From Candidatus Beckwithbacteria bacterium (GTDB lineage: Bacteria > Patescibacteriota > Microgenomatia > UBA1400 > CG1-02-47-37): a stretch of 64,000 bases of DNA. Positions within the stretch are counted from its first letter, which is position 1, and each line of letters begins with the position of its first letter. The position numbers and the translations under genes are program-made. Positions 54,713 to 63,341 of the stretch are shown here, in pieces. Location: assembly GCA_026397255.1 (NCBI GenBank), contig JAPLVF010000013.1:251532-315531 (forward strand), written 5' to 3'. A model generated the notes under the pieces. It was not told where the DNA came from and ran no database searches. It worked only from the letters and a program-made list of their open reading frames with translations.

Positions 54713-54748
54713 AACGAGGATAATAACATAATAAATACAAAAATTCCA

Positions 54749-54784
54749 TTAAGGTGACGCCTTCACATTCGTAAAGGAGTCACC
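54749..54784. repeat. Palindromic hairpin element family A, copy 4 (AAGGTGACGCCTTCACATTCGTAAAGGAGTCACCTT), intergenic. It is a likely terminator of the 1039-aa gene and lies upstream of rplY.
   Basis: Read directly from the sequence. Carries compensatory stem changes (GGTGAC/GTCACC versus GGAGAC/GTCTCC in copies 1-3). Confidence 0.8.
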
Positions 54785-54795
54785 TTTCCCATTTT

Positions 54796-57700
54796 TTACC
54801 TCTCGGTAAAGTCGACGGTAAAAATGCGGTCCAGGCTCATGTCGGATTTAAAAGTAACCACCTGGGGAGAAATTTGCCCGACCGGATTAATGCTCGTAAC
54901 TGACAAAAAGCTGGGGTAGTTAATGATGGCTTCCAGCTGATCATCAATAATCCCCGGCTGTTTCGGGATAACGAGAGCGAGCCGGCCCTGACGATTAGTT
55001 AAATTAAGCGGTTGGGTTAAACGATAAGTTATTTCCACTTTTAAAGAGTTTTTAACCGGCACGGTAACCGGAAAGCCAATAACAAATTTATCATTAATTG
55101 TTTCCTGGTCAACGTCTTTCAGATTTAATTTATTATCGCCCATTTTAACGGAGATGAGGACTGTCCCCTGAGGCAAGTATTCCCGCAAGTAGCTGCGGTA
55201 AATTCCACCAGGCCAAGCATCGGCCGGACTTTGATTTTGATAATCAATACTGGTGACGGCTAATATTTCTTTGGTTTTTAAAATAGTTAATTCCTGCCGG
55301 ATTAACCGTTTAAGAAAATAATTGGCCTTATTAATGCCTAAGTTTGCCTCGACTAAGTAGGAGTAGTCGCTGGTCACCGGCAATTTTGTGGCTAAATTTA
55401 GCTGAGGAGAATAAAGCGCGCCGGACCAATTTTCTTGCAGCAACAGCTTTTGGCTATCAGCATCGTGAAGATAAATTAATAATTGCTTTTGGGCCAAAGA
55501 GTTTTCAAATGCCTGGCTAAATTTAAGCAAATCTTGGGGAGAAGAATTTTTCATGCGAGTAAAAATTTCCCGGGCCAGGGCGCCTAAAAAGTCTTTTTTC
55601 TGAGTCGAGCCGGGGAAAAAATCAATTTCCGAGTGATATTCGGCCCGCTCAAAAAGATTGTCAGCAGTCACCTCTTCGTTGTAGTCAGGGAGGGTAATCG
55701 GACCAGTGGCCCGAAGCATTTCTTTGACTGCCGGAAGATTGACGGCAATAACGCCGTCAACGTTACGATTAGTGGTTTTACCTAAAAACCATTCGGCTCT
55801 TTGGGCAGAAATCGGAAAATCCGGATCCCAGTTAGAATCACGGAAATACCAGGTGTTTTGGCCTAAAAATTTAGCAATCGGCTGGGGCGGTTGAACATAC
55901 CCCTTTAACTGGCCATCGGCACTGTAAATATCTTCAACCACAAAGTCCAAAAGTTTGCCTTTTTCAAAAGTTAATAACCCGTAAGAGCCAATAAAGCCGC
56001 CGGTGGGCCGCAATTCGCTGGAGTTTTGAAAAAGCAAAAGATAAACTTTTTTAGAATCCTGGGCAATAAAACCCGGAATTAAAGGTAAAAGTGTCCGTCC
56101 CTGATTAATTTGATCGCGAATAGATGGCAGGCTGGTAGTTAAGGTTTGAAGTTTAAGCGTCAGCGGGGTTAATAAGGCTGAGGCTGATTCTCTGCCTGAC
56201 TGTAGCTCTGATTCAACAAAGGAAAATTCCGTATATGCCTGATCAAGATTGAGCTGAATGTCTTTAAGGGCTTGGCTGATGTTGCCATCCTGATGTTGAA
56301 AAATGATTTGCGCTAAAATCGTCCCGGCTTCGCCGGTTTTGGCTAAATGAACGGCCCCCTGACTAAGTTTGCTGCCGATAAACAATAGGCCGTCAAGGTT
56401 GGAGATTAATTTTGGGCCGCCAATAATTGAAGCCAGCAACCGGGAATGGCTTAGATAACTGCGGCTGGCGTCAAAGTTTTTTTGGGCCCGGAGACTTAAT
56501 TTAGTCATTTGGTTTACCTGACTGAAGTCTGGCAGGGCGGCAATTTGTTTCAAGCTGGAGGCGGCCCTCGTTCCGGAAATAAGCAAAAGAGTTGGCGGGG
56601 CAAAAAAATACAACACAAGGAGAACAATAAATAATAATAAATATTTATGGCGGCGAGAAAGATGAATCGGATGAGGCCGTAAAGACAATTTGATGGCTTT
56701 CTTAGGACGAAAAAAATTAAAGTTAATTTTGGGGAAAGTAATTTTAGGAAATTTAAAAGGCGGTTTGACAGGCTTAGTTTTAGTGGGGGGCGGAGCGGGC
56801 TTAATCCCCAACTCTTCGGGAGTATAAAGCGGCTCAGGGGAAATTGTTTCTTCGGAGGATTTTTGTTTTTCCGCCTGAAAGGCTTGACCGCCTTCCAACC
56901 ATTTAATGGTAGCTAAAATGCCTTGGTCAAAACTGACTTTAGGCGTCCAACCAAGTTCTTCCTGAGACTCCAAAATTTCCGGCGATAAATTGACGTCAGT
57001 TTCCTCTTGGTGGGCCGGAACAAATTCAATCGACAGGTTTTTATCGGGCAAGACTTGTTTTAATTTGTAAGTTAAATTTAAAACGGTGGTTTTTTGGGGA
57101 TTAATTAAAGTAAAAATTCTAGCCTGAGAGCTTTGAGAAAACATGGCCTTGGTCAGGCCGTAAACAATATCAGTGATGTAGGTCGGGTAAAGCGATTGAA
57201 GGCCCTGGCCAAAAATTTTTAATGGGCCGGCTTGCTTAACGGCCAAAAGCAGGCGGTTAATTTCACCGTCAGCAGTTAAGTTCATCCCCGGTCCGTAAGC
57301 AAAGCCCAGACGGACAATCCGAGCATCAAGCTGGTAACGATTAAGATATTCAAAAACAAGGGCCTCGGAAAACCGTTTGGCTTCGTGATGAGAATAAATT
57401 TCTTCATTGGTTTGGTTAGATCCAAAATAATGAGCTAAGTCGGTTGAAGAAAGAAAGCCGGAAAAAAGATCGGCATTAGAAACAAGTAAAAATTTACTGG
57501 ATTGTTTTTTAGCAATTTCCAGCAGCTCCCGCGTACCAAGCGAGTTAACTAAAAGAGTTTCCAGACTGAGGTCACGACCGGAGACATAGGCTTCAAACCC
57601 TGCCAAATGAAAAATATAATCCACTTTGGGAATGGTGGCAGAAAACGGTTTGTCTAAATCTTGTTCTAAAAAAATAAAGTTGGGTTGATGAAAAAGATTT

Positions 57701-57888
57701 TTAAGATTGGCCTTTTTACCACTAATCCAGTTATCAACAGCATAGACCCGACAGTTTTGGGCTAATAAAGTTTCGCAAAGTTGGGAACCGATAAAACCAG
57801 CGGCACCGGCAACTAAGGCCGAGGGAAGATGAGGAACTGACTGAAGTTTTTGTTTAGGCATAGGCAGGATAAAACTTCTTTCTTTCAT
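54796..57888 (-). CDS. Fusion protein. An N-terminal NAD-dependent sugar epimerase/dehydratase (extended SDR, about 330 aa) is joined through a Pro/Lys-rich linker and a single TM to a large (about 600 aa) extracytoplasmic domain of unknown function.
   Basis: LVAGAAGFIGSQLCETLL (Rossmann GxxGxxG). Linker PAPPPTKTKPVKPPFKFPKITFPKINF. TM YLLLFIVLLVLYFFAPPTLLLI. The start is set at ATG 57888; the track uses TTG at 57915. Confidence 0.65.
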   Translation of the reverse strand: MKERSFILPMPKQKLQSVPHLPSALVAGAAGFIGSQLCETLLAQNCRVYAVDNWISGKKANLKNLFHQPNFIFLEQDLDKPFSATIPKVDYIFHLAGFEAYVSGRDLSLETLLVNSLGTRELLEIAKKQSSKFLLVSNADLFSGFLSSTDLAHYFGSNQTNEEIYSHHEAKRFSEALVFEYLNRYQLDARIVRLGFAYGPGMNLTADGEINRLLLAVKQAGPLKIFGQGLQSLYPTYITDIVYGLTKAMFSQSSQARIFTLINPQKTTVLNLTYKLKQVLPDKNLSIEFVPAHQEETDVNLSPEILESQEELGWTPKVSFDQGILATIKWLEGGQAFQAEKQKSSEETISPEPLYTPEELGIKPAPPPTKTKPVKPPFKFPKITFPKINFNFFRPKKAIKLSLRPHPIHLSRRHKYLLLFIVLLVLYFFAPPTLLLISGTRAASSLKQIAALPDFSQVNQMTKLSLRAQKNFDASRSYLSHSRLLASIIGGPKLISNLDGLLFIGSKLSQGAVHLAKTGEAGTILAQIIFQHQDGNISQALKDIQLNLDQAYTEFSFVESELQSGRESASALLTPLTLKLQTLTTSLPSIRDQINQGRTLLPLIPGFIAQDSKKVYLLLFQNSSELRPTGGFIGSYGLLTFEKGKLLDFVVEDIYSADGQLKGYVQPPQPIAKFLGQNTWYFRDSNWDPDFPISAQRAEWFLGKTTNRNVDGVIAVNLPAVKEMLRATGPITLPDYNEEVTADNLFERAEYHSEIDFFPGSTQKKDFLGALAREIFTRMKNSSPQDLLKFSQAFENSLAQKQLLIYLHDADSQKLLLQENWSGALYSPQLNLATKLPVTSDYSYLVEANLGINKANYFLKRLIRQELTILKTKEILAVTSIDYQNQSPADAWPGGIYRSYLREYLPQGTVLISVKMGDNKLNLKDVDQETINDKFVIGFPVTVPVKNSLKVEITYRLTQPLNLTNRQGRLALVIPKQPGIIDDQLEAIINYPSFLSVTSINPVGQISPQVVTFKSDMSLDRIFTVDFTER

Positions 57889-58103
57889 GTTAGCGGATAA
57901 TTGCCCCAAGAACAAGGTGCTATTTGCGGAGAATCGTTTTAACCTATTCGGTTAGTACTTTTTTCTAGGACTGCTTTACAGGCTAAATTTGTTTTTAGTG
58001 ATTAGTCTGTTAACTAAATATTTTTTCGTTAGCACTCTTTTACATGAAATCTTCTTGAGTCAAAAAAGTTAGTTTTAAAAAACTAAACAAGGAGAAAAAG
58101 GGT

Positions 58104-58523
58104 CTAGATTAGGTGGTCGAGGGCAAGGTTGACTAGGCGGTCGGCGGCGGTGTTTTTTTCGCGGGGAATGTGGGCGTATTTAATTGAACCGCCAACTTTA
58201 GCTTCCAGCTCGCGGAGAAAAATAATTTTTTGACGCAACTGGGTGTCTTTAATTTTCCATAAACCGTTCAGTTGGTTAACCACAAGTTGCGAGTCGAGGT
58301 GAAAAACGATTTCTGATTGATGATTAACGAATTCTGATTTTTCAGAAAGCCACTCCAGGGCGACAATAACGGCTTGGTATTCAGCCAAATTGTTGGTGGC
58401 AATTCCGATAGTTTTACCAAAAGAGTGAATAATTGTTCCAGAAGCGTTTTTAATGACAAAGCCTACGGCTGCCGGGCCAGGATTGCCCCGACTGCCCCCG
58501 TCGGTATAAATATTGAGAGTCAT
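58104..58523 (-). CDS. rnhA: Ribonuclease HI.
   Basis: MTLNIYTDGGSRGNPGPAAVGFVI...HIPREKNTAADRLVN carries the RNase H DEDD residues. Confidence 0.85.
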   Translation of the reverse strand: MTLNIYTDGGSRGNPGPAAVGFVIKNASGTIIHSFGKTIGIATNNLAEYQAVIVALEWLSEKSEFVNHQSEIVFHLDSQLVVNQLNGLWKIKDTQLRQKIIFLRELEAKVGGSIKYAHIPREKNTAADRLVNLALDHLI

Positions 58524-59044
58524 TCTTGTTTGGGCCCCACTTCGCTAGAAGGGGCCTCCTTCGCTGAAGCTACGGCGGCCGAAGCAGGTTTAACAATTAA
58601 GTGGCGATTGCGGCCTTCGCCTTCGGATTCAGTGGCCACCTTAGGATCGGTGCTTAAAAAGGCGTGAATCGTGTGCCGCTCAAAAGGATTTAAATTAAAT
58701 AAAGCCATGGGCTGACCGGAAAACTTAACCCGTTGGGCAGTGTCTTGGGCCAGCTTAATCAAGGTTTCTTCGCGTTTTTGGCGATAGTCCCCGATGTTCA
58801 CCACCAACTTGCACCACTCGCCTTTTTGCCGATACAACAACAGATTTAACATTAGCTGTAGAGCGCTGATGGTGTCGCCGTGATAGCCAATCAGCATACC
58901 CATTTCCTGATCAGCCAACTCTAAGTCTAGTAAGTAGCTGTCCGGCTCAGGAGAAGAAATGGTAATTTTGGTTGGTTCAACCCCCAACTGACTTAAAAGT
59001 TGTTTGGTTAGTTTGGCAATATTTTTTTCAGTGCTTTTTTCCAT
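58520..59044 (-). CDS. khpB: KhpB/Jag (KH plus R3H RNA-binding protein).
   Basis: KH region GMLIGYHGDTISALQ and R3H region NLNPFERHTIHAFL. Conserved position after yidC. Confidence 0.8.
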   Translation of the reverse strand: MEKSTEKNIAKLTKQLLSQLGVEPTKITISSPEPDSYLLDLELADQEMGMLIGYHGDTISALQLMLNLLLYRQKGEWCKLVVNIGDYRQKREETLIKLAQDTAQRVKFSGQPMALFNLNPFERHTIHAFLSTDPKVATESEGEGRNRHLIVKPASAAVASAKEAPSSEVGPKQE

Positions 59045-59816
59045 AATTTAAGGTTAGTTGCTGAACCAGCATAATAAGAGAGAAAACCAACCAATAAAGC
59101 ACCAACCCTGAAGGAAATTTAAAACCAATAAAAATTGTCATTAACGGAAACAAATAAAGCATTTGCGTCTGCATGGCAGTGGCCATGTCGTCGGCTTGTC
59201 CGGGGGTTTTTTGAGCAACAACGGCATTTTTTTTGGCAGCCGGCATCATTAATTTGGAAGAAAGAAACTGGACAACGGCGGCGGCAATTAAGAAAATGCC
59301 GGGAAATTTGTCAATGGTCAGGCCAAGGATTTTAATGGCGGGAATAGAAAATAAGTCCGGCTGGGTGAGGTTAAGATATAAAAACCGGGAATTTAAAGAA
59401 AAATCCAGGGGAAGTTTTAAGACAGGATAAAGAATATTATTAAGATTAGTAACGAGGTCTCCCCGACTTTGCAAAACCTGATTAAAGGCCTGATAAAGAG
59501 CAATTAAAACGACAATCTGAATAATTTGGGGCAGGCAGCCGGCGGCTGGGTTAAGACCGTGGCTTTGAAAAAGCTCTAGTTGTTTTTTAGCAAACACTTG
59601 TTTGTCTTTGCCATATTTTTCTTTAAGTTTCGCCAGCTCGGGTTGAAGTTCTTTCATTTTTTGGCCGGTTTTCAAAGAAGGAAGAGTGAGGGGGGTTAAG
59701 ACCAGCCGGATTAAAACAGTCAAACCAATAATGGCCAAGCCAAGATTGTGGCCCAGTAATTCGTATAAAAAAATCAAGGCGTTAACTAAAGGATGATAAA
59801 AAAAGGTGTTCCACAT
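59028..59816 (-). CDS. yidC: Membrane protein insertase YidC, short form.
   Basis: 262 aa with 5 TM helices, LTLPSLKTGQKMKELQPEL..., in conserved synteny. Confidence 0.85.
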   Translation of the reverse strand: MWNTFFYHPLVNALIFLYELLGHNLGLAIIGLTVLIRLVLTPLTLPSLKTGQKMKELQPELAKLKEKYGKDKQVFAKKQLELFQSHGLNPAAGCLPQIIQIVVLIALYQAFNQVLQSRGDLVTNLNNILYPVLKLPLDFSLNSRFLYLNLTQPDLFSIPAIKILGLTIDKFPGIFLIAAAVVQFLSSKLMMPAAKKNAVVAQKTPGQADDMATAMQTQMLYLFPLMTIFIGFKFPSGLVLYWLVFSLIMLVQQLTLNYGKKH

Positions 59817-59819
59817 AGT

Positions 59820-60017
59820 TTAATTCAAGGGGTCGTAACCACCCTTTGACCAGGGGTGACACTTAATAATTCTTTTAAGGCTCAAAAAGCCACCTTTTAA
59901 TATACCATATTTGGCAATAGCCTCGTAGGAATATTGAGAACAGGTAGGAATAAAACGGCAGGAGCGGGTCCGCCAGCTGGCGGATTGGTAAAAACGGATT
60001 AATTTAAGAGCGAGCAT
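59820..60017 (-). CDS. yidD: Membrane protein insertion efficiency factor YidD.
   Basis: LIRFYQ...[19 protein letters not shown]... The conserved RFISPLLGPR-like segment is replaced by SASWRTRS, which is encoded by the CCGCCAGCTGGCGG palindrome. Confidence 0.8.
   Translation of the reverse strand: MLALKLIRFYQSASWRTRSCRFIPTCSQYSYEAIAKYGILKGGFLSLKRIIKCHPWSKGGYDPLN
59969..59984. repeat. Palindrome family B copy 3 (TCCGCCAGCTGGCGGA), located inside the yidD CDS.
   Basis: Read directly from the sequence. Confidence 0.85.
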
Positions 60018-60337
60018 GATTGTAGCAACTGCAAAAGATCGGCCTGAATGACAGAAAGCGGCCGGTTAAGAATTGTGGTGTTGGCTAAAAATAATAGTTC
60101 TGTGTTGGGCTTAAGCTTGGTTAAATATGGCCTAATGGCTTCACGAACCAGGCGTTTGTGGCGGTTGCGAACAACGGCCAGGCGGCTGACCTTGACGGGA
60201 ACAATAATACCAATTAAGGGTTGGTTGTTTTTTCGAGAATTAATTTTTAAAGTAAAGAATTGAGAAGAAAAGCTTTGTTTAGATTTAAGTAAAATCGGGA
60301 GGCGGTGGCCTGGTAGGCGATAAGCGTGAGAAAACAT
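59999..60337 (-). CDS. rnpA: RNase P protein component.
   Basis: Basic 112-aa protein ([15 protein letters not shown]). Its start overlaps the rpmH stop (TAATG). Confidence 0.8.
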   Translation of the reverse strand: MFSHAYRLPGHRLPILLKSKQSFSSQFFTLKINSRKNNQPLIGIIVPVKVSRLAVVRNRHKRLVREAIRPYLTKLKPNTELLFLANTTILNRPLSVIQADLLQLLQSCSLLN

Positions 60338-60480
60338 TAAACAGCCAATTTCTGGCGGCCTTTAAGCCGGCGGCGCTTGAGAACTTTACGACCAGAAAAA
60401 GTTTTTAATCGCTCACGGAAGCCGTGCGTCCGACGCCGGCGGATTTTAGAGGGTTGATAGGTGCGTTTAGTCTTAGCCAT
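60337..60480 (-). CDS. rpmH: 50S ribosomal protein L34.
   Basis: Manual translation gives [47 protein letters not shown]. Not in the track because it is under 60 aa. Confidence 0.85.
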   Translation of the reverse strand: MAKTKRTYQPSKIRRRRTHGFRERLKTFSGRKVLKRRRLKGRQKLAV

Positions 60481-60589
60481 TAGGTTAAGAATAATATATT
60501 TTGATGAATTTGGCAATCTGGTTTGTATCTTTCGGGTTATCTTGGTGTTGACAGGGTGTGGATAACTTTATATCTTTAGTCAGACGACT
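60481..60589. promoter_or_regulatory. Divergent rpmH/dnaA control region. The dnaA promoter has TTGACA (60548-53) and TATATC/TATCTT near 60569-76, with a perfect DnaA box (TGTGGATAA = TTATCCACA) at 60557-60565 between the -35 and -10.
   Basis: Read directly from the sequence. A DnaA box inside its own promoter implies autoregulation. Confidence 0.5.
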
Positions 60590-62002
60590 ATGGACAAGGG
60601 TTTTTTGTGGACGGCGATTTTATCAGAGATGGAGCTTAATTTGTCTCCGGGAAATTTTGCGACCTGGATCGGGCCGATTCGTTGTTTAGGTTTAAAAGAA
60701 ATTAATAAAAACGGGTTTTGCCTGGAATTGGGTTGCCCATCGGTATTTCATAAAAACCAGGTGGGAGAAAGATATTTAGGCCAAATTCAGGCAATGGCGG
60801 AAAAAAATCTGGGAAAAAGGTGCGAGATTAAGCTGAATATTGAGCAAAAAGAGGAAAAAAAAGTCAAGAGAGAAACAAATGACTTGTTCTCCGTAGATGC
60901 AGCGAAACTGGCGGACGAGGCCTACCGGCGGACAGCGGCAAAAGCCGGATTGACGTTGGGATTTACTTTTGAAAACTTTGCGGTTTCTTCCTCAAACGAA
61001 GTGGCTTACGCGGCAGCCAAAACCGCAGCCAACAAGCCCGGGGAAATTTACCATTTAATTTTTATTTTCGGGGGGGTGGGGGTGGGAAAAACCCACTTAA
61101 TGCAGGCGGTGGGACATGAGATTTTGAAAAAAAATCCGGACACCTCTTTGGTTTACTGCACCGGAGAAGAGTTTACCAACGAAATTATTGAGGCAATCCG
61201 GAATAAAACCACGGCCTTGTTCCGGCAGAAATACCGTAAGGCTAAGATGTTGTTTTTAGACGATGTCCAGTTTATTGCCGGCAAAGAAAAGGTCCAGGAA
61301 GAATTTTTTCATACTTTTAATGCCGTGCAAAAAGAGGGGGGGCAAATAATTTTAACCTCTGACCGCCTGCCAACAGAGATTTCCGGACTGGAAGACCGCC
61401 TAAGGTCAAGGTTTGAGGGGGGATTAACCGTAGATATCCAAAAGCCGGAGTTTGAATTAAGAACAGCGATTTTATTAATCAAGGCCCAGCAGAAAAAAAT
61501 TGAGCTGCCAATGAGAGTGGCCCAGGTGGTGGCCGCCAACGTCGAGTCTGTCCGGGGACTAGAAGGAATATTAATGCGACTGTACGGCGAACAACAGACA
61601 AGAAAAGAGCCCTTAACTGAAGAGTTGGCCATGGCTTTGTTAAACAGGATCAACGGGGAGGCAAAACAACTCAAAAACAGACTGAACCCGAAACAGATTT
61701 TAGGGGCCGTTTCTGATTATTACCAGGTAAAACCGATGGATTTAAGGGGGGAAAGCCGGCTAAGGGCGTTGGTTTTAGCCCGCCAGGTGGCGATGTATTT
61801 ATTAAGAAGGGAGTTGTTCTTACCGCAAACTGCCGTAGGGGCGCTTTTGGGTGGAAGAGACCACACCACTATTATTCACGGAGAGGGGAAGATTGCTAAA
61901 GATTTGGGAACAAACGAACAGCTGAGGCTGGACGTTACCAACATCAGAAAAAATATTTATAAACAAAGTGGACAACAAGGAGGGTTATCAACCAACCAAT
62001 AG
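60590..62002 (+). CDS. dnaA: Chromosomal replication initiator DnaA.
   Basis: GGVGVGKTHLMQAVGHE (Walker A), LFLDDVQFIAGKE, and the C-terminal HTH GGRDHTTIIH. Confidence 0.95.
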   Translation: MDKGFLWTAILSEMELNLSPGNFATWIGPIRCLGLKEINKNGFCLELGCPSVFHKNQVGERYLGQIQAMAEKNLGKRCEIKLNIEQKEEKKVKRETNDLFSVDAAKLADEAYRRTAAKAGLTLGFTFENFAVSSSNEVAYAAAKTAANKPGEIYHLIFIFGGVGVGKTHLMQAVGHEILKKNPDTSLVYCTGEEFTNEIIEAIRNKTTALFRQKYRKAKMLFLDDVQFIAGKEKVQEEFFHTFNAVQKEGGQIILTSDRLPTEISGLEDRLRSRFEGGLTVDIQKPEFELRTAILLIKAQQKKIELPMRVAQVVAANVESVRGLEGILMRLYGEQQTRKEPLTEELAMALLNRINGEAKQLKNRLNPKQILGAVSDYYQVKPMDLRGESRLRALVLARQVAMYLLRRELFLPQTAVGALLGGRDHTTIIHGEGKIAKDLGTNEQLRLDVTNIRKNIYKQSGQQGGLSTNQ

Positions 62003-62166
62003 GTTTATCCACAGTTTATCAACAAAAAAATCCACCGAAAAAGACGGGGTTGTCAACCGGTATTTTTAGCAGTGAAATAAGGGGAAAAATCGATTATAAT
62101 ACACTTATCAACAAAGACTATTAATATTACTACTATTTTTAATTCTAATTAGTAATAAGGAGAGAT
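62003..62166. other. Candidate oriC. DnaA boxes TTATCCACA (62005-13), TTATCAACA (62016-24 and 62105-13) and TTGTCAACC (62050-58), plus an AT-rich unwinding element (62111-62160) immediately upstream of dnaN.
   Basis: Read directly from the sequence. The canonical dnaA-oriC-dnaN arrangement. Confidence 0.65.
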
Positions 62167-63297
62167 ATGAAAGTTTCTTTACTGCAGGAGAATTTAGCCA
62201 AAGGAGTGGGGGTAGTCAGTCGGGCAGTAGCCACAAAAACACAATTGCCGGTATTGGCAAATATTTTAATAACAACTGATCAAGGGAAGCTAAAATTAAC
62301 CACAACAAACTTAGAAACAGGAATAAATCTATGGCTAGGCGGAAAAGTAGAAAAAGAAGGGAAAATAACGATCCCGGCCAGGATTTTAAACGAAGCAATC
62401 AGCTCATTGCCTGCCGGGACAGTGGAGTTGATAGCCGAGGCAGATAAGTTAAAAATTAGCTGTGGGAAATACAAGGCGGAAATTAACGGAATTAACGCGG
62501 AAGAATTCCCGGCGGTGCCGAGTTTAAAAAACAAAAAAACCAGCGGGCAAGGGATTAAAATCGACAGGGAAATAATTGAGACAGGAATAAATCAGGTGGC
62601 GGTGGCAGCGGCAACGGACGAAGGCCGCCCGGTGTTTACGGGAGTAAAAATGGAATTAGGAGAAGGGGGTTTACGTTTAGCGGCAACAGATGGATACCGC
62701 TTAAGCGTTAAAACAATCAGCGGACTGAAGGGGATAAAAAAGAAAAAAGAAATGATTGTGCCGGCGCGAGCATTAATGGAATTAATCAGGGTTTTAGGGG
62801 CGGCGGAAACGGAAGTAAAAGAGGTAATTTTTGAGGCAACAGAAGAAGAAAAACAACTGATTTTGTCTTTTGGTGAAGGCGAGGTGGTAACGAGGCTGTT
62901 AGAGGGGGAATTCCCGGACTTTGACAAAATTGTACCGCAGACACACACGACCACAATTGAATTAAATACCGAAGAATTAACCCAGGCGGTGAGGGCGGCG
63001 GCGGTGTTTGCCAAAGACAGCGCCAATATTGTGAAGTTTAAAATTACTGACGGCGGGCTATTGATTTCAGCCAATACGCCTCAAGTGGGAGGCAATGAAG
63101 TCGAAGTGGCGGGCAAAAAAACCGGAGAGACGGGGGAAATTGCTTTTAACAGCCGCTATTTAATTGAGATGCTGAATGCGATTGGGGCGAAAGAACTAAA
63201 ATTAGAAATTTCCGGGCCATTAAATCCGGGAGTGTTTAAGCCGTTAGGCGACAACAGCTTTTTGCATATTATTATGCCGGTGAGAGTTCAGGCGTAG
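62167..63297 (+). CDS. dnaN: DNA polymerase III beta sliding clamp.
   Basis: 376 aa with a three-domain clamp pattern. AAGGAG RBS 6 nt upstream. Confidence 0.95.
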   Translation: MKVSLLQENLAKGVGVVSRAVATKTQLPVLANILITTDQGKLKLTTTNLETGINLWLGGKVEKEGKITIPARILNEAISSLPAGTVELIAEADKLKISCGKYKAEINGINAEEFPAVPSLKNKKTSGQGIKIDREIIETGINQVAVAAATDEGRPVFTGVKMELGEGGLRLAATDGYRLSVKTISGLKGIKKKKEMIVPARALMELIRVLGAAETEVKEVIFEATEEEKQLILSFGEGEVVTRLLEGEFPDFDKIVPQTHTTTIELNTEELTQAVRAAAVFAKDSANIVKFKITDGGLLISANTPQVGGNEVEVAGKKTGETGEIAFNSRYLIEMLNAIGAKELKLEISGPLNPGVFKPLGDNSFLHIIMPVRVQA

Positions 63298-63341
63298 TAA
63301 AAACTTGACTTGGGGCCTATAATAGCTTTTGGATTTTAAAT

